Shown here in pieces: positions 57,613-64,000 of a stretch of DNA of 64,000 nt. The position numbers and the translations under genes were made by a program. How positions within the stretch are numbered: position 1 is the stretch's first letter; each line of letters begins with the position of its first letter. The DNA is from Candidatus Omnitrophota bacterium (GTDB taxonomy: Bacteria; Omnitrophota; Gorgyraeia; Zapsychrales; Fredricksoniimonadaceae): contig JAUSEK010000021.1 of assembly GCA_030650275.1 (NCBI GenBank), forward strand, positions 20,106 to 84,105. The letters are read 5' to 3'. The notes beneath the pieces were generated by a model, which saw nothing but the letters and a program-made list of their open reading frames with translations, made no database searches and was not told where the DNA came from.

Positions 57613-58287
57613 TTATTTTTCTAATTGTGTTTTATAAACCTGGGCCGCTAAAATGCCGCCCAACACCGGCCCCACCCAATAGATCCAGATGTTCTGCAAA
57701 CCGCCGCCTAAAAGCGCCGGACCCAGATGACGGGCCGGGTTCATGGCCGCTCCGGAGATCGGCCCTCCCATCAAAACGCCCAAAGCCACCGCCAAGCCGA
57801 TGAACAGGCCGCCGACCTTGGGAGCGCGCGCGTCCACGGCCGTGCCGTAAACAACAAAAACCAAAAAGAACGTCAAAATGATCTCGGTGATCAGGCCCAT
57901 GCTCGCGGAAACACCATTACCCAAAGCCGGTGTCCCCATATTCACCGTGGCCAATGCTTCGGCCGGGACCGCCATTTTAATAAGGAAGGCCGCGGCAATG
58001 GCGCCCAAACATTGAGCAGCCACGTAACCGGCGGCATTGACCGTATCGATCTTTTTGGCTGTCCAAAGACCGATGGTCACCGCGGGATTCAAATGGCCGC
58101 CGCTGATCGCCGCGGTCGCGGAGATCATCACCGCGATCGCCAGGCCATGCGCCAGCCCAATGCCTGTCAGGCCCAATGCCCCGGCGGTGATATGGTCAGC
58201 GGCAATGGCGCCCACACCGATAAAGATCAGGGTGAATGTGCCGATGAATTCAGCGATCAAGGCTTTATTGTTCATTTTCTTGCTCAT
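57613..58287 (-). CDS. MIP-family aquaporin / glycerol facilitator
   Basis: Two NPA boxes (GGHLNPAVT, NPARHLGPAL); 6 TM helices. Confidence 0.9.
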   Translation of the reverse strand: MSKKMNNKALIAEFIGTFTLIFIGVGAIAADHITAGALGLTGIGLAHGLAIAVMISATAAISGGHLNPAVTIGLWTAKKIDTVNAAGYVAAQCLGAIAAAFLIKMAVPAEALATVNMGTPALGNGVSASMGLITEIILTFFLVFVVYGTAVDARAPKVGGLFIGLAVALGVLMGGPISGAAMNPARHLGPALLGGGLQNIWIYWVGPVLGGILAAQVYKTQLEK

Positions 58288-58364
58288 AAAATCCTCCTGG
58301 TATGATTAGGGAAAGAATTATTACAATCTTTGTCCACTTTGTCAATCGATGTTATAATCGGCTT

Positions 58365-58772
58365 ATGTTCACGTACAAAACCAGGATCCATCTGCATGAT
58401 ACCGACGCGTTCGGCGTCATTTTCTTCGCCAATCAATTCAAGATCGTCCACGACGCCTATGAAATGTTTCTGGAGAAACTTGATTTCGGTTTCCCGGCCA
58501 TGCTCAAAAGCGGGCGTTATTTCCTGCCCATTGTCCACGCGGAATCAGATTACAAAACTGCTTTGACCGTCGGTGACTCCCTCCATATCACCATCAGGGT
58601 CGGACACATCGGCCGGACATCCTTTGCCTTTGAATACGTCATCCGCCGCGGCAACGCCATTGTCGGGACGGCCAAAACCGTCCATGTCACCATCCACCCC
58701 AAAACCGGCAAGAAAACACCTTTACCAGCTTCCCTGCGCCGGGCTTTAGAAAAATACTCAAAAACGTCCTAA
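58365..58772 (+). CDS. Hotdog-fold acyl-CoA thioesterase (4HBT/YbgC-like; candidate DHNA-CoA thioesterase)
   Basis: MFTYKTRIHLHDTDAFGVIFFANQF... 4HBT pattern; adjacent to men genes. Confidence 0.75.
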   Translation: MFTYKTRIHLHDTDAFGVIFFANQFKIVHDAYEMFLEKLDFGFPAMLKSGRYFLPIVHAESDYKTALTVGDSLHITIRVGHIGRTSFAFEYVIRRGNAIVGTAKTVHVTIHPKTGKKTPLPASLRRALEKYSKTS

Positions 58773-60080
58773 GCGGACAACCAGGTCTTGCCGCGAAATT
58801 TTCATGCCCTGCTCCAGATCCTGCGGCCATGGATAAAAAACATCCGGTATCTTAAAACGCGGCAGTTCTTTTTTAAGGATATCTGTTAAATATTCAGGGT
58901 CGATCGTCTGCCCGTAAAATTTAACAAAAGCCACAGGCCGATGGCCGAATTCCTTGTCCTCTTTGGGCACAACCACGGCCTGCTCCACCCCTTCAATGGC
59001 CAACAGCGCCCTCTCAATTTCCTCCGGCTGTATATTTTCCCCGCCGGAAATGAACATATTGTCCTTGCGGCCAAGCACCGTTAAACATCCTTGGGCGTCC
59101 AAAACTCCCAAATCCCCGGTTTGAAACCATCCATCAGGCGTCAGCGGCAAATGCAAGCGCGGCCCGGCCACGTATCCTTTGAACAAGGTCTCGCCTTTGA
59201 CTAAGATCTCCCCGTCGGAGGCAATGCGCATTTTCCGGTACGGCAAAACCTTCGCGCACGGAGTTTTTGCATCCGCGGGTTTTCCGGTCGCTACCTGTGA
59301 AGACATTTCCGTCAAACCGTAACTAAGGTGAACCGGTAAAGCCAGGGACAAAGAACGCTCGATCAAATTTTTCCCAATGGCGCTGCCGCCAAGCAAAATG
59401 CATTTTAAGGACTTTAAAACCGGGTGGTTTTTGGGATCCTCCAGCATCCGATACAATTGCGCAGGGACCAAGGAAACATGTGTGGCCTGGTTGCGTTCAA
59501 TGGCACAAATTAAATCCTTGTCTGTTGCAATGATCACAGACGCGCCGGCCAAAAAACAACGCACAATAACAGCAATGCCCGCCACATGATACAAAGGCAA
59601 AGACAACACCCACCGGTCTGATGCCGTCAACGGGATCATCTCTTGCGACCCCTTGGCGCTGTAAAAATGATTACCCCACGTATGCACCGCGGCTTTAGGT
59701 TCACCGCTGGTGCCGGAGGTGGCGATCACCGTGACTTCCTGGTCCAGGGCAAGATCATCACCGGAAACAGCCGGCGCGGGTTGGCGCGCATCAAAACAAA
59801 CCGCCTTTTGGACATCGCCTCCCTTAAAAAAATGACGGACATTGATCCGAGCGCTATAGGCGTCCGCCATTTTAGAAGGCCAATGGGGATCAACGGGGCA
59901 AGCCACGACTTTCATCCGCCATAAAGACAAAAGCAAAACAATGTATTCCGCGCTTGTGGGAGCGCTTAATGCCACACGCTCGCCCGCCTTGATACCCATG
60001 CCCTTCAATTGCCGGACGCAGGAAGAAATATGCGCATCCAGTTGAGGCCTTTGAATACGCCGCGTGCCCCAGATGATCAT
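58758..60080 (-). CDS. menE: o-Succinylbenzoate-CoA ligase
   Basis: TSGTSGEPKAA AMP-binding motif; 440 aa; within the men cluster. Confidence 0.8.
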   Translation of the reverse strand: MIIWGTRRIQRPQLDAHISSCVRQLKGMGIKAGERVALSAPTSAEYIVLLLSLWRMKVVACPVDPHWPSKMADAYSARINVRHFFKGGDVQKAVCFDARQPAPAVSGDDLALDQEVTVIATSGTSGEPKAAVHTWGNHFYSAKGSQEMIPLTASDRWVLSLPLYHVAGIAVIVRCFLAGASVIIATDKDLICAIERNQATHVSLVPAQLYRMLEDPKNHPVLKSLKCILLGGSAIGKNLIERSLSLALPVHLSYGLTEMSSQVATGKPADAKTPCAKVLPYRKMRIASDGEILVKGETLFKGYVAGPRLHLPLTPDGWFQTGDLGVLDAQGCLTVLGRKDNMFISGGENIQPEEIERALLAIEGVEQAVVVPKEDKEFGHRPVAFVKFYGQTIDPEYLTDILKKELPRFKIPDVFYPWPQDLEQGMKISRQDLVVRLGRF

Positions 60081-61105
60081 CGCAGTTTTTCCTTACGGAT
60101 AATACCGCCGGCGTCGGCAAGCGGCTCGACGCCTTTGAGCCAGCGCTCAGTCCCCAGACCAGCGGTTGTTCCGGTCAAACACGCCAGATTGGCCAAGACC
60201 TTTAACCCCACGGGTGATTCAAAGGCGGAGCTGATGACCACCTTCTTCCCGTTGCGGCGGGCATTTTCCATCCAATCCAGGCACGGAATGATACCGCCTA
60301 AAACGGTCGGTTTTAAAACATAATACTTCACGGCTTGGCTGTCAACAGACAGGGACAATGTTTCATCCAGGGCCACCGGCATCTGCGCGGCCTGATAAAA
60401 TTCCCCTATTTTTCCCATATCGCTCAACGGTTCTTCAATGAATTCAATTTGCGCGCGGCCGGCCAGATCAACGAACAGCAGGGCTTCTTTTAGACCCCAC
60501 ACGCGGTTGCCGTCCAAACGGATGCTCCCCTGCCTGCCGATGAGGGCCCGTAAGTCCCGCACTTTCTTGACATCCAAAGGAATATTGCGACTCCCCACTT
60601 TTAATTTGAAGACCTGATAACCGCGGCCGCTTAAAATCCGCGCGTCGGCGAGAACCTGCTCATGCGAGCCCTGCAATAAAGCCGCGGTGGGCACGTCTTG
60701 CAAAATGCCGCCCAAGAATTCCGCCAAAGAAACAGCGCGCGCACCCGCCGCCAGACCAAACAATACGGATTCCACTCCGAAACGCACCGACGGACAAAGC
60801 CCGGAAAAAGCAGAATCCCTCAAAGAGGTGATCAATCCGTCTTTATCCAAAACAACCTTAAAGTCCTTCAAATGGGATCGGGCTTCAACCAGATCGTGAT
60901 GGGCTTTCTTGAGCGTTTCAACACTCACGCCCGGCAAAGGGGCGATCTCCCCGCGGGCTTTCAAACCATTGGATGCAATGATTTCAAGGATATATCCGGT
61001 GCGCTGGTTGAGCGTCGTACCGGCAAACATAAAAGGGTTTTGAAAATCAAATGTGTAGGGAACGATCGAGGATCGGACAACGGTCAGCGGCTGCACAACA
61101 CCCAC
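60077..61105 (-). CDS. menC: o-Succinylbenzoate synthase (enolase superfamily)
   Basis: KLKVG...RLDGN...ALDE metal-ligand pattern of MR/MLE-type enolases. Confidence 0.75.
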   Translation of the reverse strand: MGVVQPLTVVRSSIVPYTFDFQNPFMFAGTTLNQRTGYILEIIASNGLKARGEIAPLPGVSVETLKKAHHDLVEARSHLKDFKVVLDKDGLITSLRDSAFSGLCPSVRFGVESVLFGLAAGARAVSLAEFLGGILQDVPTAALLQGSHEQVLADARILSGRGYQVFKLKVGSRNIPLDVKKVRDLRALIGRQGSIRLDGNRVWGLKEALLFVDLAGRAQIEFIEEPLSDMGKIGEFYQAAQMPVALDETLSLSVDSQAVKYYVLKPTVLGGIIPCLDWMENARRNGKKVVISSAFESPVGLKVLANLACLTGTTAGLGTERWLKGVEPLADAGGIIRKEKLR

Positions 61106-61959
61106 CCCGCGGAAAACAAAACGCTGTAGACCAAAAGCAAAACGCCGGTGCGGGCGAGGATTTTATTTAATACGGCGCCTTGGCCGGTAAAGACCGTCTG
61201 GACAGCGCCGATGGCCATAATGCCGACGAGCGAAGCGGCCGCGATGGCGTCATGGTCCTTGGTGATCAAATTCACGGCAAAAGGGGTCAGCGACGCGGCC
61301 ATGATGCAAACAAGATACTCCCTGGCGGCAAAGGCCTTTCCAAAACGCACGGCCAGCGTCATCTTGCCTGCTTTTGCGTCACCGTCAATGTCCCTCAAAT
61401 TGTTGACAGCCAAAATGGCGCAGGATAAGAATCCGGTCCCCAAGCCGGCCACCACAACGGCCATGTTGATCTCCAGGGCCTGAACAAAATATGTTCCCGC
61501 AACGGCAACAGGGCCGAAAAATATAAAAACAAACAACTCTCCTAATCCCATGTAGGCCAAAGGCCTGGGCCCGGCCGTATAAAAAATACCGGACAGGACC
61601 GAAACAACACCGATGATGGCAATGGCGCTGCCGCCACGAAATACCAGATAAACGCACGCCAGTGCCGCCAAAAGAAAAACAAGGATGGCCGCAGAGATCA
61701 TCGCGCGCGCAGATACTAAACCGGCCTGTGTGGCGCGCACGGGTCCTAAACGGTCCAAGGTATCCGCGCCTTTCTTAAAATCACAATAATCATTGGTGAA
61801 ATTGGTGGCGATCTGAATGCACAACGCCCCAAAAAGCGCGGCCAATGCCGATGGGAAATGCCCCACGCCGTCGCCGAAGGCCATGGCTGTGCCGATCATG
61901 ACCGGGGCTATGGCCGCGGGCAGGGTTTTAGGACGACTGGCTAAGATCCATGGATCCAT
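61084..61959 (-). CDS. menA: 1,4-dihydroxy-2-naphthoate polyprenyltransferase (UbiA family)
   Basis: 9-TM UbiA fold; NDxxDxxxD-like motif (NFTNDYCDFKKG); position within the men cluster. Confidence 0.8.
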   Translation of the reverse strand: MDPWILASRPKTLPAAIAPVMIGTAMAFGDGVGHFPSALAALFGALCIQIATNFTNDYCDFKKGADTLDRLGPVRATQAGLVSARAMISAAILVFLLAALACVYLVFRGGSAIAIIGVVSVLSGIFYTAGPRPLAYMGLGELFVFIFFGPVAVAGTYFVQALEINMAVVVAGLGTGFLSCAILAVNNLRDIDGDAKAGKMTLAVRFGKAFAAREYLVCIMAASLTPFAVNLITKDHDAIAAASLVGIMAIGAVQTVFTGQGAVLNKILARTGVLLLVYSVLFSAGWVLCSR

Positions 61960-61961
61960 AC

Positions 61962-62786
61962 CTAGGGACGCTTGGGGAATTTGGAAAAATCGGGTTTGCG
62001 TTTCTGCATGAAAGCGTTGCGGCCTTCCTGGCCTTCTTGTGTCATATAAAAAAGCATGGTGGCATTGCCGGCGAGTTCCTGCAGACCGGCCTGCCCGTCG
62101 CAGTCGGCATTCAAGGCCGCTTTAAGACAACGGATGGCCATCGGTGAATTGGCAAGAATTTCTTTGCACCAGCCCACGGTTTCCTGTTCCAGACGCGCGT
62201 AAGGAACAACGGTATTGACCAGGCCCATGTCCAGGGCCTGTTTGGCATTATACTGGCGGCACAAGAACCATATTTCCCGCGCCTTTTTTTGCCCGACAAT
62301 ACGCGCCATATAACTGGCACCATATCCGCCGTCAAAAGAACCGACCTTGGGACCGGTCTGGCCGAACTTTGCATTGTCCGCGGCAATGGAAAGGTCGCAC
62401 AATAAATGCAGAATATGCCCGCCGCCCACCGCGTAACCGGCGATCATGGCGATGATGGGTTTGGGGCAGGTGCGCATTTGCCGCTGGAAATCCAGGACAT
62501 TGAGGCGATTGACCCCTTTGGCATCCTTATACCCGGCATTCCCGCGGATGCTCTGGTCTCCGCCGGAACAGAACGCTTCCTTGCCCTCGCCCGTCAGGAT
62601 AACGACCCCGGTCTTGTCATCCATGCGCGCGTCATTGAGGGCATGGGACATCTCATCCACGGTCTGGGGGCGGAACGCATTGCGCATCCGGGGACGGTTG
62701 ATGGTGATCTTGGCAATGCCGTCCATCTTGTGGTATTTGATGTCTTCGTATTGACCCGCATTGATCCAATGGAATTTCTTAGGCAT
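61962..62786 (-). CDS. menB: 1,4-dihydroxy-2-naphthoyl-CoA synthase (crotonase fold)
   Basis: 274 aa; typical MenB N-terminus ...ITINRP..RNAF..., GGDQ...GYAVGGGH oxyanion-hole motifs. Confidence 0.9.
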   Translation of the reverse strand: MPKKFHWINAGQYEDIKYHKMDGIAKITINRPRMRNAFRPQTVDEMSHALNDARMDDKTGVVILTGEGKEAFCSGGDQSIRGNAGYKDAKGVNRLNVLDFQRQMRTCPKPIIAMIAGYAVGGGHILHLLCDLSIAADNAKFGQTGPKVGSFDGGYGASYMARIVGQKKAREIWFLCRQYNAKQALDMGLVNTVVPYARLEQETVGWCKEILANSPMAIRCLKAALNADCDGQAGLQELAGNATMLFYMTQEGQEGRNAFMQKRKPDFSKFPKRP

Positions 62787-63092
62787 TTATTTGTACCTTG
62801 GTATGAGATGAAAATGCGCGTGCATGACCACCTGGCCGGCGGCAGGTCCGCAATTGGCCGTGACATTATACCCATCGGGGCCGTGCTCTTTCTGGACAAT
62901 GGCCTTGGCCTTGGCCAACAGATCAAAAGCGGCGTTCAATTCCGCGGGTGTTGACTCGAACACCGTCGCGTGATGGCGTTTGAGCACGACCAGCATATGT
63001 CCTTTGGTGATCGGCTTGATGTCATACAACGCGTAGGCCAGATCATTTTCCAGGACCTTGGGCAAATTCTTGCAAAACACGCAATCCGTCAT
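62787..63092 (-). CDS. HIT-family (histidine triad) nucleotide hydrolase
   Basis: HAHFHLIP HxHxHxx motif. Confidence 0.9.
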   Translation of the reverse strand: MTDCVFCKNLPKVLENDLAYALYDIKPITKGHMLVVLKRHHATVFESTPAELNAAFDLLAKAKAIVQKEHGPDGYNVTANCGPAAGQVVMHAHFHLIPRYK

Positions 63093-63102
63093 GGGGTTTG
63101 TT

Positions 63103-63381
63103 TCAGACCTTCAGGGACCGTTGGAGCTCTTCCACGTCTTTCCTGGCCCTGGTCATGGGGACGTTAAAAATATCACAATAAACACGGGTGGCCAGTTCTT
63201 TTTCCCCTTCCATCAAAAGATACCGGACATCATACATGGTGGCCTTGCCTTTGGTGGGAAGTCTGCCGCGCCGGCGCGCGTCATTGATGGACCAAATACG
63301 GTAGATGTTCAAAAACACCAAAAAACAGACCAGAATAATAAGGATGGTGTACAACGCGGCCATAAGCACCTCCTGATTCAT
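63103..63381 (-). CDS. Small hypothetical membrane protein
   Basis: 92 aa; one N-terminal TM helix. Confidence 0.5.
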   Translation of the reverse strand: MNQEVLMAALYTILIILVCFLVFLNIYRIWSINDARRRGRLPTKGKATMYDVRYLLMEGEKELATRVYCDIFNVPMTRARKDVEELQRSLKV

Positions 63382-63593
63382 CCGTTGTCCTTGGCTTCTT
63401 TGGCGAAATCTTCAACCACTTTCTTGACTTCCATCTCGGCCTTGTTGATCCTGGCCTTGCAGACCTTGATGAGCTCCACCGCTTCCTTGACCTTCACCGA
63501 CAACTCGTCCACGTCAATGTCTTCGCTCTCGATCTGGCCTATGATCTCATCCAGGCGCTCAACAGCTTTCGCGTATTTGATGTCCTGGGCCAT
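63378..63593 (-). CDS. xseB: Exodeoxyribonuclease VII small subunit
   Basis: MAQDIKYAKAVERLDEIIGQIE...VDELS.. typical XseB; the track ORF extends 13 codons upstream. Confidence 0.85.
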   Translation of the reverse strand: MAQDIKYAKAVERLDEIIGQIESEDIDVDELSVKVKEAVELIKVCKARINKAEMEVKKVVEDFAKEAKDNG

Positions 63594-63597
63594 GTCC

Positions 63598-64000
63598 TTA
63601 ACGGACCTTCCTGACCTCGGCGGTAAAAACACCGTTGGCCAGTTCGGTCGTGATCTCCTGTTTCGGTTTTAAAACAGCGGTGGACCTGACGGCCTTGCCG
63701 CGGCCATCGCGGGTGATGCTAAAACCCCGCTTGAGCGTGTTCTTCGGGTCAGCCATTTCCGCCAATTTTTGATATGCCTGTATTTTAGCCCGTGAATTTT
63801 GAAGGCGCAAATGAATTGTTTTCTTTAGCCCATCGCCGCGGGAAGCCAGCGCCAAACGGGATGCCTTGGCCACCGTGACCGGCACCCGGATCAAGGTCTC
63901 GATCCTGCGCGCCATGTGTTCGTGATGCGCTTTAAAGAAATCCTTAGTTCCGGACTGCAAAGCCAGGGCGCGGGACTGAAGGTCGCCCAAAAATTCCCGC
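63598..64000 (-). CDS. xseA: Exodeoxyribonuclease VII large subunit, C-terminal part (gene runs off the window end)
   Basis: C-terminal XseA helical region; immediately upstream of xseB. Confidence 0.8.
   Translation of the reverse strand, partial: REFLGDLQSRALALQSGTKDFFKAHHEHMARRIETLIRVPVTVAKASRLALASRGDGLKKTIHLRLQNSRAKIQAYQKLAEMADPKNTLKRGFSITRDGRGKAVRSTAVLKPKQEITTELANGVFTAEVRKVR

Overview
This 64 kb window is a bacterial chromosomal segment read by eye at roughly 55-60% GC. It is mostly core genes, almost all on the minus strand, from an unidentified Gram-negative-type lineage: it has FadL, LysM and LolA-type lipoproteins, CIRCE-regulated groESL and SpoVG. In order it carries recR (partial), dnaX, tex, tadA, four tRNAs (Ser-GCT, Arg-ACG, Ser-CGA, Ser-TGA), serS, mazEF, a dense two-component and c-di-GMP signalling cluster, mreD-mrdA, ybeY-pgpH-phoH, aspS-hisS-HU-dnaE, guaAB, groESL, coaX, uvrB, nrdAB, sodA, tpx, an aquaporin, a menaquinone gene set (menB-menA-menC-menE plus a hotdog thioesterase), xseB and xseA (partial). 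Low-GC segments interrupt this backbone. They are a 705-aa secreted protein, a Fic gene beside a truncated integrase sitting between twin tRNA-Ser genes, the membrane-sensor halves of two histidine kinases, and, most notably, a 2.7 kb AT-rich insertion fused by an ATGA overlap to the 3' end of mrdA. That insertion encodes a 742-aa Sec-secreted, cysteine-rich protein with polymorphic-toxin-like architecture and, just downstream, a small cytoplasmic candidate immunity protein. Other noteworthy items: two tRNA genes are each followed by a hairpin-rich trailer that ends in a 21-22 nt copy of the tRNA 3' end plus a T6 run; a 27-bp-arm foldback repeat occurs twice at operon junctions, and one copy supplies the ybeY stop codon; guaA carries an in-frame (x-H-K-K-x)5 tandem-repeat N-terminal extension; there are NrdR boxes, a CIRCE element, a GAD-less AspRS and a CBS-less IMPDH-like protein. 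Manually indexed non-CDS coordinates may be off by 1-2 nt.
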